A stretch of DNA of 64,000 nt from NCBI GenBank assembly GCA_963733055.1, contig CAVTBR010000001.1, forward strand, positions 992,001-1,056,000, read 5' to 3'. Positions within the stretch are counted from its first letter, which is position 1. Each line of letters begins with the position of its first letter. Positions 31,632 through 40,789 of this stretch are shown here, piece after piece. The DNA is from Candidatus Bathyarchaeota archaeon. GTDB lineage: Archaea > Thermoproteota > Bathyarchaeia > 40CM-2-53-6. Under the pieces are notes generated by a model. That model saw nothing but the letters and a program-made list of their open reading frames with translations, was not told the origin of the DNA and searched no databases. Made by a program: the position numbers and the translations under genes.

Positions 31632-32318
31632 TTGAGCAAATCTGGTTGGTCTGTTTCCGCATCTACGGCACTAGCCGTTGCGCTCGTCGCACTCATAGTC
31701 GCATTGGCGGGCTTCGCGGTCCCTCTGATCTCACCCTACAATGCCTCGAGCGATCAAGTAAACACGCTTCAAAGCCAAGTCGGTCAACTTCAACAACAAA
31801 TTAGTTCGCTCCCCGCAGTAAACGAGCCACCGACTACGCGAATTATTCTAATGGATTGGGCGAATACCGGAAACTCTGGACAGGATCGGTTCAATCCAAA
31901 CGTCGTCACAATCAACCAGGGCGATACCATTCATATCACATTCGAAGACAATGACACGGACGGGCATACATTCGAGATCTTGCTACCCACCGGCCTGTTC
32001 GTGCTCAATAATTCGTTGGCAGGAGAAACCAACCACTTAACGTTGGGTACGTTTGCTGGAAACGCGACCGGTTGCATGGTTGATGGCAAAGGTGTGCCTT
32101 GCACCACCACCGGTTCGTGCGCCGCAGACATGTCCGCATGCAACGTGACTTCAACCGGTTCGTTCACGGTGAATGTTCCCGGTGTCTACAGATTCTTCTG
32201 CATTTACCACCAAGCGCTTGGAATGTTCGGTTTCCTTATAGTACTGCCCAATCGCGGATACGTCTCTCCGACAAACTCAACCTCAACCGGGAACTCAACC
32301 GCGACAGCAACCACGTGA
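31632..32318 (+). CDS. Membrane-anchored type-1 cupredoxin with a 4-Cys insertion
   Basis: DGHTF...YRFFCIYHQALGM. Confidence 0.85.
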   Translation: MSKSGWSVSASTALAVALVALIVALAGFAVPLISPYNASSDQVNTLQSQVGQLQQQISSLPAVNEPPTTRIILMDWANTGNSGQDRFNPNVVTINQGDTIHITFEDNDTDGHTFEILLPTGLFVLNNSLAGETNHLTLGTFAGNATGCMVDGKGVPCTTTGSCAADMSACNVTSTGSFTVNVPGVYRFFCIYHQALGMFGFLIVLPNRGYVSPTNSTSTGNSTATATT

Positions 32319-32401
32319 TTTCACTTATCCCGGTGTAAGCTCTAGAACGCTTTAGAGTCCAAGACGTAATCCATATTCTCCACCTACGGGTGGGTGAGAG
32401 A

Positions 32402-33838
32402 ATGAAAAAGTCGACAACGCTTTCAATATTGGTGATAATACTCATCGCGTTGGGCGGAGTTCTACTCCAAATCATTGTATTTGAACAACCGCAGCCATGT
32501 AGTGGCTCTGCGACTGCTTCGACATTAGACAGTTCTCAGTTGAGTTATGTTCAGTTTGGTGCGGTTCGAAAGTATAAGCTTCCCAGCTCAAGGGCACCAA
32601 ACGCAATTACGCTGGCCCCGGACGGCTCCGTTTGGTTCGGGGAACAAGCCCTTCCTGGCATCGCCCATCTATACCCGAACGGGACGCTGTTGGAATACAG
32701 ATGGCCCTTCCAATACAACAGCCCTGGTCTACCCGGCCTTACCTTCACGTGGGGCATAGCCCTTTGGAAGGGATGCGTATGGGCGTCCGATCAAGCTGGT
32801 AGCCAACTGGTTGCGGTTGATCCGGCCACCGGAAGTACCAAGACGATTAAGCTGGCCACCGGTTCCTTCCCCTACACTCTAACCGTCGGCCCGGATGATT
32901 CGCTGTGGTTCACGGAAGTGTTCGCATCGAAGATTGGTCGTGTTGATAATCATTTTCGCTTGCACGAATATTCACTCCCGGTTCTCGGAACGCCCGCCCA
33001 GATTGAATTTGCGAACAGAACGTTCGGATATTACGTTGACACCGGGAACGTTGGCTTGGTCGAACCCGCTATTTACTCCTTCAACCCCAACAATTTCGCC
33101 CCAGTTCAAATTTATGCTACCGGATTCAAGTTGGTTGCGCCGACGAGCTTGGCACCAGTTGAGAATGGTTTGTGGGTTGCTCAACATGCGTCCTCTAACC
33201 TAGCCTACTACGACTTCAAAACCCAGGCTTGGTCTCAGTTTCCTACGTCACCCGTCAGCTACGTTCAGACCAATTTACAATATTTTGTTGCCGCGAATGA
33301 ATCGCGGGTGTGGTTTAACGAGCATTACGCGAACCGCATTGGATTTGTTAACACGGACACGGGGTTGCTGACCGAGTACAGCCTCTCCAACCCTCCCGCG
33401 AACAAAACAACTGAAATTGATAATGCATTAACCTTCGCTCTCGGTAGGGATAAGGTGTGGTTTACGGAGCTCACAGCCAATTATGTGGGATACGTAGACG
33501 CATCCTATCACCCATCCTTCTCCCTCCAATCACCAACCAACGCAACTCTTCGGCTCGCGTTGGGCGGCAAGACAAGTGTGAAGTTAATCCTCGAAGGAAC
33601 TAGTGAGAAACCCCTGAAATTCTTTTCAAGTGATTCTGAAACCTTAACATCAAGACCACAACGGATCACACTTAATTTGACCGAACCCGAACTTGGCAGC
33701 CTGAACGGCCAGGCAACATTAACGCTTAGCGTAGGTACGAGCACAATTACTGTTCCTGGAGACTACACGTTGCTAATCAGCGTCACGGACGGAATAATTA
33801 CGCGAGGAATTTATCTGAGCTTGTACGTTTCACATTAA
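32402..33838 (+). CDS. Second Vgb-like beta-propeller, paralog of 25512..26945
   Basis: Shared blocks WVAQHASSNLAYY, WFNEHYANR, WFTELTANYVGYVDA. Confidence 0.85.
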   Translation: MKKSTTLSILVIILIALGGVLLQIIVFEQPQPCSGSATASTLDSSQLSYVQFGAVRKYKLPSSRAPNAITLAPDGSVWFGEQALPGIAHLYPNGTLLEYRWPFQYNSPGLPGLTFTWGIALWKGCVWASDQAGSQLVAVDPATGSTKTIKLATGSFPYTLTVGPDDSLWFTEVFASKIGRVDNHFRLHEYSLPVLGTPAQIEFANRTFGYYVDTGNVGLVEPAIYSFNPNNFAPVQIYATGFKLVAPTSLAPVENGLWVAQHASSNLAYYDFKTQAWSQFPTSPVSYVQTNLQYFVAANESRVWFNEHYANRIGFVNTDTGLLTEYSLSNPPANKTTEIDNALTFALGRDKVWFTELTANYVGYVDASYHPSFSLQSPTNATLRLALGGKTSVKLILEGTSEKPLKFFSSDSETLTSRPQRITLNLTEPELGSLNGQATLTLSVGTSTITVPGDYTLLISVTDGIITRGIYLSLYVSH

Positions 33839-33903
33839 GAATCTCAGAGACCGTGATGGATACCCAACTGCGGTAGAAAGAATGGGCCTCGATATCTATT
33901 CGT

Positions 33904-34812
33904 TCAGACTAGGTGCGCTACCACGACGATTAGCAATATTACGAATAGGTAGGAGATTGACATTTTGAACACCCGCCACGCATTCGTCGGTGCGGGGTTC
34001 TTGATCAGTCTAATGTTTGCCAAGAGAAAGCGTGCATTGAAAGCGATCAGGGCAGTTCCCGTGATGAGTAGCGCCACGTAGTTCGATCTTGAGGCCGTTA
34101 GAGCGAAGAGTCCGACAGTGAACGGGAACAACGCGAAGTTTGAGAGAGCAGTGTACATAGCACTTTTGTGCGCGCCATCAACGACGGGTAACATGGGGAT
34201 TTGAATTGAAGCGTATTCATCCGACTTAGCCATGGCTAAACCCCAGAAATGACCCGGCGTCCAGAGAAAGATTAACAAGGCAACGAGAAAAGCGATGAGA
34301 CTTATTGACCCCGTCACTGCAGCCCATCCGGCTAGGGCGGAAAATGAACCAGCTGCACCACCAATCACAATGTTCCATTTCGTCCTTGGCTTCAACCACA
34401 ATGTGTAGACCAAAACATACCAGAACACCCCTATTCCGATGAACGCTGCGGTTAGCTCATTCAAGAACGTGGCTAGTCCCACTCCTAAAACTGAGAAACC
34501 TAAGCCAAGAGCCAGGGCGCCATTGGCGGAGATGCGACCCGAAGGTATTGCACGGTTTTGAGTTCGGTGCATACGAGAATCAGTGCGTCTTTCCAGAAAA
34601 CAATTTAGCGCTCCAGCACCGCCAGCAGCAAGGAAACCTGCGGCAACTAGCAACACCATCGAATAGGTATTCAGGTAGTAAAGTCCGACCGCGAGGAACA
34701 TCGTTGCAACGCCGACGAACACGTTCAGAGAAGCGATTGCGGGTTTTGTTATGCTGAGATAGTCCCCGATCATCTGCTTAGATGGAAAACTACCGGGACC
34801 AAACGATTTCAT
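33904..34812 (-). CDS. cyoE: Heme O synthase (protoheme IX farnesyltransferase)
   Basis: D..MHRT.NR.IPSG, YTLWLKPRT..NIVIGG.AG, WTPGHFW. Confidence 0.95.
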   Translation of the reverse strand: MKSFGPGSFPSKQMIGDYLSITKPAIASLNVFVGVATMFLAVGLYYLNTYSMVLLVAAGFLAAGGAGALNCFLERRTDSRMHRTQNRAIPSGRISANGALALGLGFSVLGVGLATFLNELTAAFIGIGVFWYVLVYTLWLKPRTKWNIVIGGAAGSFSALAGWAAVTGSISLIAFLVALLIFLWTPGHFWGLAMAKSDEYASIQIPMLPVVDGAHKSAMYTALSNFALFPFTVGLFALTASRSNYVALLITGTALIAFNARFLLANIRLIKNPAPTNAWRVFKMSISYLFVILLIVVVAHLV

Positions 34813-34911
34813 ATAATCACGTTAACCTATCAGAGCTTTAGACGTATCTGAACTCGATTTAAGCCTTCTCTGAAATACTTTTCTACTTAAACCACGTACT
34901 CCTATCTCTGT

Positions 34912-35343
34912 GTGCATGCCTTGGCGCCATCACGTACAATTGGTAGTTTATTCGTCCTCTCGGGAATATTAGGAATCGTCATACTAGTATTGGATAGCGT
35001 GCTCCGATCCGGTGCGCCTCAGCACTATGATGCTCTAATTGGTTTTGTGATCATCGACTTTCTCATCGGGGCTCTCTGTTTCCCAATGCCACAGAAACTG
35101 ATGCTCAAAGTAGCCGCAATCTGGGGTACTCTACGAATTATAATCCAACTTGGCGACGTGATGTTGGGTCCCATGTTTCAATTTACCAATGCACAATTCG
35201 CAGATTATTTGTTCAACCCGATGAGTTCGTTGCCCGCGAGCCTTGGGAACCCACCCGGGATTCCGCCAGTTCCGATCGATCTAATACTCATCTGCGACCT
35301 CGCAATACTACTGACAGTTGCGAGAGCTAGTATGAAGAAGTAA
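34912..35343 (+). CDS. Hypothetical membrane protein
   Basis: About four hydrophobic segments. Confidence 0.7.
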   Translation: MHALAPSRTIGSLFVLSGILGIVILVLDSVLRSGAPQHYDALIGFVIIDFLIGALCFPMPQKLMLKVAAIWGTLRIIIQLGDVMLGPMFQFTNAQFADYLFNPMSSLPASLGNPPGIPPVPIDLILICDLAILLTVARASMKK

Positions 35344-35391
35344 CCTAAACTTCGAACTACCCTACAAACCTGTCTAATTTGCGTGTAAAGA

Positions 35392-36090
35392 TTGGATGAT
35401 TTAACTGCCGGTTTATTTACAGTCGAACTCGTTCTTCTGATTGCAACGTTGTCACTACTCATCCAAGCCAGGGGCGAGTCCAAGGGTCGGAGGAATTTAC
35501 TTGAACAAATGTCCCACACCGCACGCATTGTTTCCAGACAGGAATACTTCAACGCCGTACACTTCGTGATGCAGAGCGCAACGAGTTCAGTAAAAGGCTC
35601 AATCACAGGCTCAGCCCCTGCAACCCCTGAGCAGAAGGATCAGGTTCAGGCGATCACAGACCGGATTCTAATGGCTAAGAAGCGAGGTGTTCACATTCAA
35701 TACATCGTCCCGAAATCGTCTGACCGGGTTGTTGTCGCAAACAGATACCGTGAGGCAGGAGCTGAAATCCGGTTCCATGCAGGCATAATCGTCAGCGACT
35801 TGAGGTATACGATAATCGACAACAACTTCACAGTGCTGGGATTGCCAAGCAGCGCTGGGGAGAATCAGCCTACAAGGGAGGGGTATGTAATTCCATCGGG
35901 CGCTTTAGCGGAGATATTCTCACGCCAATTTCAAACCTCATGGCAAGAATCCACACCCTACGACCAATACCTGAAGGAAATAATATCGGAGACAAAGAAC
36001 CACAACCCAAACGTCACCACGCATCTCCTATCCTCTCAACTACAAATCCCCGAATCCGAAGTCGTCCGAATCGATGCTAGCAATACCTGA
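35392..36090 (+). CDS. TM plus TrmB/PLD-like domain protein with possible C-terminal HTH
   Basis: AKKRGVHIQYI, LRYTIIDN..TVLG, LA..F...F...W; ends LLSSQLQIPESEV. Confidence 0.65.
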   Translation: MDDLTAGLFTVELVLLIATLSLLIQARGESKGRRNLLEQMSHTARIVSRQEYFNAVHFVMQSATSSVKGSITGSAPATPEQKDQVQAITDRILMAKKRGVHIQYIVPKSSDRVVVANRYREAGAEIRFHAGIIVSDLRYTIIDNNFTVLGLPSSAGENQPTREGYVIPSGALAEIFSRQFQTSWQESTPYDQYLKEIISETKNHNPNVTTHLLSSQLQIPESEVVRIDASNT

Positions 36091-36160
36091 TGCAGTTCGG
36101 TGAACACTGGAACATAATGAAAGAAATCGAAATCACTGTTATGACAATTGTTATATTCTT

Positions 36161-36946
36161 TTGAAGCAGAATCAGCAGTGGTCGAAATTTTTGAGTGAAG
36201 GTACGCGTGCGGCCCAAGGTGCTCTGGCTGTTGCGATTATTGCGCTCATAGTTGCGTTGGTTGCTCTTGCTTTCCCATTCCTAGGTTCACCCAGCGTATC
36301 GCAACAAGTGATCGCACCTAGTTCGATACCGGGCGTAGATCAAAGGCCGACGACACGCCTGATAACGATGGAGTGGGAAGCAACCCTTCCTTCGCTACAG
36401 GATAGGTGGTTCCCGCAAGACATCATAGTGAATCAGGGCGATACGGTCGTTCTCACATTGATCGTAAACGACACCGACGGCGCCCACACATTCAATATAC
36501 TCGCTCCCACCGGACCGGGAGGCGCTCCCCAACTAACCCAGATCAACATGTCAATGCCCGGACAGTGGATGTACCACCCACCTGCCGAGGCGGGTCCACA
36601 AAACGGAATAGAGGTCGCGGGTGCACCGGTTGGCTGCGTACTTATGGGACAGAACGTGACTTGCAACTCAACCACGGATCTAACCGCGGGTTCATGCTCT
36701 TCAAGTGGATGTACAATAGCGGGAGGGTGCTCAATAAACGGAGGGCCCCTGGGACCTTGCACCGGTTCTTGGATGCTCCAGAAAAATCAGACTGAGACCG
36801 CCGAAATACAAACCACCGTCACCCTCGGCCCATTCACCACACCTGGAATCTACAGATTCTTCTGCACCTACCACCAAGAGATAGGCATGGTTGGATTCTT
36901 CATCGTCCAACCAAACAAGGCCTACGTACCCCCAACCTCAACCTGA
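36161..36946 (+). CDS. Membrane-anchored type-1 cupredoxin with a 6-Cys insertion, paralog of 31632..32318 (start may be 36191)
   Basis: GAHTF...YRFFCTYHQEIGM. Confidence 0.85.
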   Translation: MKQNQQWSKFLSEGTRAAQGALAVAIIALIVALVALAFPFLGSPSVSQQVIAPSSIPGVDQRPTTRLITMEWEATLPSLQDRWFPQDIIVNQGDTVVLTLIVNDTDGAHTFNILAPTGPGGAPQLTQINMSMPGQWMYHPPAEAGPQNGIEVAGAPVGCVLMGQNVTCNSTTDLTAGSCSSSGCTIAGGCSINGGPLGPCTGSWMLQKNQTETAEIQTTVTLGPFTTPGIYRFFCTYHQEIGMVGFFIVQPNKAYVPPTST

Positions 36947-37066
36947 ACTTGATAAGATGACTAGGTAACGATACCAATCTACTGGGCGTTTTCCTTTGCG
37001 CCGCAGTTTGTGCAGAAGATTGAGTTTACTTCCATTTTGGTCCGCACTTCCCGCAGAATTTGTCTC

Positions 37067-37786
37067 TCACACTACTCTTGCTCGCTTGCGCCCGGCATAG
37101 AAAAGCAGTGCAAAGACTGCGAACGCTACGAGAACAAGCGCAGCGGCGGGGAAAAGTTGACTAGCATAGTCTGGAGTCGTTGGTGTGCTGAAAGTGTTCT
37201 GACTCGTTTGCAATACTTGTGTTTGATTTCCTTGGGTGCTCGCGCTCGTTAGTTGGGGTGAGTAGGAGGCTACGGATGAGATGTTCGGCATCTGCGTAGT
37301 CGTCGAATTTGTTTGGATAGTTATCGCTGGGGGTGTGTAAGGGGTTACGTTGAGCTGGAATAATTGTGACGAGGAGGCGGCAGTCGCGCCGTTCACTCCA
37401 TTTATGACATATGCTTGAACCTGCAATCCCCAGCTTCCAGGGGAGTTTCGTGCCGTTGTTTGGCTGACTACTGGAACTATGAAACTCGAAGAAGATGGGT
37501 AGTAGGGCGTGGACGAAGTTGTGAGGATCTTGGTGGAAGTTGCGTCCACCAGATCAACCCTAACGACGGGCAAAACGCTTGGATCACAAGATATGGTCAG
37601 GGTTGTTGTTATCTGGAAGGGTTGGCCCGCTTGAACTAGGTCCGGAAGAGTCAGTTTGAGGTTAACAATCCTGCAGGGTATGAATTGCGCGAGAGATAGC
37701 TGGGAACTCAGGCCTAGAATGGTGATCGCAATGATGAGATTGACTAGTAGCGTTTTTCGTTTCAGGCCCAGCAACCTGCATCGCAC
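37067..37786 (-). CDS. Hypothetical surface protein, paralog of 17524..18207
   Basis: Signal peptide, two conserved Cys, G.W.LQ motif, S/T-rich linker, TM plus basic tail. Confidence 0.8.
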   Translation of the reverse strand: MRCRLLGLKRKTLLVNLIIAITILGLSSQLSLAQFIPCRIVNLKLTLPDLVQAGQPFQITTTLTISCDPSVLPVVRVDLVDATSTKILTTSSTPYYPSSSSFIVPVVSQTTARNSPGSWGLQVQAYVINGVNGATAASSSQLFQLNVTPYTPPAITIQTNSTTTQMPNISSVASYSPQLTSASTQGNQTQVLQTSQNTFSTPTTPDYASQLFPAAALVLVAFAVFALLFYAGRKRARVV

Positions 37787-37882
37787 TCGGTTTGTTCATC
37801 CGCTGATTTAACCCACTCCCTCATGAGGTCGTTAATCCCCCTACGCAGCGTTCACAGCACAGGTTAGCGTTGTTCTCGTGCA

Positions 37883-37909
37883 CTCCACTCTTTCCACTAA
37901 TTAATAAAA
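37883..37909 (+). promoter_or_regulatory. TTCYAC-box promoter: CTCCAC-tct-TTCCAC-N6-ATAAAA
   Basis: About 35 nt upstream of the ATG at 37942. Confidence 0.55.
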
Positions 37910-37941
37910 GCCGCAAGGTCCAGCGTTTTGCGGCGATAATC

Positions 37942-38232
37942 ATGGCTACAAAAAGTCCCCGACGCTCAAGGAAAATGTCGAGGGCGACTATATTGCGTAT
38001 TCAGCATCAGATACAGCGCAACAGGGGTGCGTTGACGAGGTTCGGATATTGTTTGCATTGCCTAGAGCGCACACGACACGCGGCCATAAACCAGGCCGCT
38101 CAGCTAGAAGGCGCAACAAGGACAGCAAGGCGCCTCATCCTGTTGGAGACTTGGAATAGGAAACGGCACCCGTCGGCGGCGCGGATTGCACACGCGGACC
38201 ACAACTACATAAAGGACCACTACCTGAAGTAG
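37942..38232 (+). CDS. Small basic protein (DUF5771-like by recalled motif)
   Basis: GALTRFGY...RHAAINQA...EGA....RRL..L..WNR..HP....I..AD..YIK. Confidence 0.7.
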   Translation: MATKSPRRSRKMSRATILRIQHQIQRNRGALTRFGYCLHCLERTRHAAINQAAQLEGATRTARRLILLETWNRKRHPSAARIAHADHNYIKDHYLK

Positions 38233-38247
38233 CCTAGTGAATCGGTT

Positions 38248-38634
38248 TTGGTCGCAAAGAAAGAGATGCGCTTTCAAGGAAAGAACAAGGATCTAAACGA
38301 CCTCGCTAAGCAGATTTCCGACTCCTTGCAAAGTGACGGGTATAAGATGCAATCAACAACTGGACCATCGGGACCAGTTATTCAAGCACAGAAAGCTGGA
38401 ATCCTCAGAGACATAATCACCGCCGACAGATGTTTCACCATCACCCTATCAGGCGTGCCCAACGATTTCACAATCACGATCGGAATAGGCAAATGGATTC
38501 AGAACATCGCTGTCGCAGCAGTGGAAGCGCTTGTGTTGTCAGTGCTGTTCTTGGCCGTTGACGTACCCGAAATGCTATGGACTACGCACGTGGAAAACAA
38601 TATTGCAAAGAAAATCACGCAACTAGTAGGCTAA
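38248..38634 (+). CDS. Conserved archaeal hypothetical protein
   Basis: Clean ORF in an operon-like position; IQAQKAGILRD..TADR.FTI. Confidence 0.75.
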   Translation: MVAKKEMRFQGKNKDLNDLAKQISDSLQSDGYKMQSTTGPSGPVIQAQKAGILRDIITADRCFTITLSGVPNDFTITIGIGKWIQNIAVAAVEALVLSVLFLAVDVPEMLWTTHVENNIAKKITQLVG

Positions 38635-39132
38635 CCCGAAACAAGACTACGTGCTCTCTTACGTTCGCTCATTTCTGTCCATTTCGAAGCTAACTCGTCT
38701 CTCCGCGGGCGATAGACTTCGCCGAAGAATTGGCTCTGGGACGAGAGAACTTCATTCGGATATTGGCGGACGATGGTTAGAGATTCCTTCCAAGCGCGTG
38801 AAAACGCTTTTCCGAACCTGCTTTCGATCTGGCGTTTGAAATCGACTTCAGTCTGCGGTTTTCCGCCGATCTCGAAATAAACCCTGTTTCCCTTTCTCGT
38901 AGTGTAACCCATCTCATTTCCCAAGAAGGCCTCGCCCCTTTTCGCAGGTAACCTTCCTTCCGAGCTGTTTACCCTTAGGGCGTTGGGTGGCGTGTTTGAA
39001 TCCTCGTTTGGCGGCGGCGTAGAATATTGCCCTATTGAGCCCCCAGCTCTTCGCTCTAGTCTCGGAGAATCCGAGTTCCCTAGCTCTCGCCGCTTGGAGA
39101 ATCGCCATAACCTGAAAGCGGCCAACCTTCAT
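38631..39132 (-). CDS. Conserved hypothetical protein (apparent +1 frameshift at 38946)
   Basis: VGRFQVMAILQAARA...SWGLNRAIFYAAAKRGF joins AFLGNE...QT..DF.RQI..RF...VYRPRRD. Confidence 0.78.
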
Positions 39133-39178
39133 GAATGCTCACTTTCTACTTGAGAGTCATTCAGCTAGATACTACGTG

Positions 39179-40105
39179 TCACAGTTTCAGCACCCATGTT
39201 TCTCCTACCAAGTCGTGTCCGAAGCTGTGGTGCTTTTCTGTGCGAACGAGCTGGTAGCCAGCCTTTTCGTAAATGTGCCGAGCCGCGTGGAGGACGTCGT
39301 TAGTCCAGAGTATTATGCTCCAATAGCCAGCGGCCTTGGCGAAAGGTGTGCATTCATCTACAAGTCGGCTGCCGATCCCTAAACCTCGCGCCTTCGGTTC
39401 CACTAACAAGAGTCGTAGTTGGGCTATGGTAACGGATTTCTTTACGAGAAATACACAGCCTACGATTTCATGGTCCTTCTCGGCTATCCAGCATCGTTCT
39501 CGCTTTGGATCCAGGTGTTCAACAAATTCGGCTACGATGCTCGCGACGAGTCCTTCGAAATGTTCATCCCAACCGTATTCTTCGAAATACAACGCTCCGT
39601 GTCGATGCACTATCCAGCCCAGATCGCCTGCATGAAGAGCCCGTAGTACGTATGATGATTCGGTACTATGCTCACCTTCGAGAACGGACTCTACAGTCCG
39701 CATCGCGGCGAAGAGGCGTTCTCGCTCGTTCACCGTCAGCGGGTTTAGAATCGCTGTTGCCTTTTCTTCTGCTCGCGCGTTGAGTGTTACGAATGTTTTG
39801 TGGCCTTGCTTGGTGAGTCGCAGGATAGTCTGGCGGCCATCAGTTTTTGAAGGCTTGCTCTCGATAAGTCCCTCTTCCGCGAAGGTGCTGATGATACGAC
39901 TCAGGTAACCCGCATCAAGCCCCAACTCTTTGCCAATCTCAGTCGCAGTAGCCTTTCGCCGGTGAGCGAGTTCGTATAGTACACGCACTTTACTTAGCGA
40001 GAACCGGGTACCCAGGTAATCCTCATCTAACACTCCGATCTTTTGCGTAAAAAACCGGTTAAACTGACGAAACGTTGAAGCATTCGGGTCGAACGTGTTA
40101 TTCAT
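39179..40105 (-). CDS. Bifunctional MarR-HTH / GNAT acetyltransferase
   Basis: RQFNRFFT, LDAGYLSR; HGALY..EYGW, LRLLLVEPKARGLGIG. Confidence 0.93.
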   Translation of the reverse strand: MNNTFDPNASTFRQFNRFFTQKIGVLDEDYLGTRFSLSKVRVLYELAHRRKATATEIGKELGLDAGYLSRIISTFAEEGLIESKPSKTDGRQTILRLTKQGHKTFVTLNARAEEKATAILNPLTVNERERLFAAMRTVESVLEGEHSTESSYVLRALHAGDLGWIVHRHGALYFEEYGWDEHFEGLVASIVAEFVEHLDPKRERCWIAEKDHEIVGCVFLVKKSVTIAQLRLLLVEPKARGLGIGSRLVDECTPFAKAAGYWSIILWTNDVLHAARHIYEKAGYQLVRTEKHHSFGHDLVGETWVLKL

Positions 40106-40550
40106 TGCTGGCACCCGGCCTAATGCAGTAGACCGTTTGCGATCCCCACGCACAGGACGCCCACTTTCCCTTCTCGTTCATATGAGCCTCAAGCTCACAA
40201 ATCGCTAACCTTCTTCCCAACTTCCGGACTTTTCCGACGGCATGTATCTTGTCCCCTACTGCCGGTCTGGTGAAATTGATCTTGAATTCAACTGCGAGAA
40301 CTCTAGAGCCACGCGGTAGCAAAGATAGAACCGCATAGCCCCCAGCGCTATCAAGCATCGTCGCTAGAACCCCGGCATGCACGAAACCATCTTGCTGGCT
40401 GAGGTCGGGTCTATTTTGAGCAGAAATCTCAACTACGCCTCTATTCAGTCTCGTAATACGAGCTCCAAGCCTCTTCATGATCCCTTGAGATTGAAAACTG
40501 AGCCTGATGTGAGAGAGGCCTCGATTTGACCGTCTAGCCAAAGCGCGCAT
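40098..40550 (-). CDS. PaaI family thioesterase
   Basis: QQDGFVHAG....LDSAGGYA, VEFKINF.RPA. Confidence 0.9.
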   Translation of the reverse strand: MRALARRSNRGLSHIRLSFQSQGIMKRLGARITRLNRGVVEISAQNRPDLSQQDGFVHAGVLATMLDSAGGYAVLSLLPRGSRVLAVEFKINFTRPAVGDKIHAVGKVRKLGRRLAICELEAHMNEKGKWASCAWGSQTVYCIRPGASNE

Positions 40551-40558
40551 AAAGATGA

Positions 40559-40593
40559 TTGCCTTAGTCAATTATTTAAGTTGACTTAGTCAA
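40559..40593. promoter_or_regulatory. Two copies of the palindrome TTGACTTAGTCAA (likely MarR operator)
   Basis: TTGCCTTAGTCAA at 40559-40571 and TTGACTTAGTCAA at 40581-40593 flank an AT-rich box upstream of the paaI-marR/GNAT operon. Confidence 0.7.
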
Positions 40594-40703
40594 GTATATG
40601 CTTTCTCTTGAGAGGTAATAGTTGCGCATCGTCCCTTTGCCTATTCGACTATTGCTAGAGGGCGATAATCGTGCGAGTGAAAAATGCGGCGGCTTGACGA
40701 ATG

Positions 40704-40752
40704 TTCTACTATCTCGGTACGTTTTCCACTTCGTGTACTTACCCTTAATTAA
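40704..40752 (+). promoter_or_regulatory. TTCYAC-box promoter: TTCTAC, then 20 bp later TTCCAC-ttc-GTGTAC-N6-TTAATTAA
   Basis: About 40 nt upstream of the start at 40790. Confidence 0.68.
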
Positions 40753-40789
40753 TAATCGGCTTCCTTAGGGGCGGAGGTAGAAACGGATT

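Noticed and set aside
25512-33838. Vgb-like genes as streptogramin resistance determinants
   Set aside because: Only fold-level similarity; they are membrane-anchored, carry an extra domain and sit in a respiratory locus
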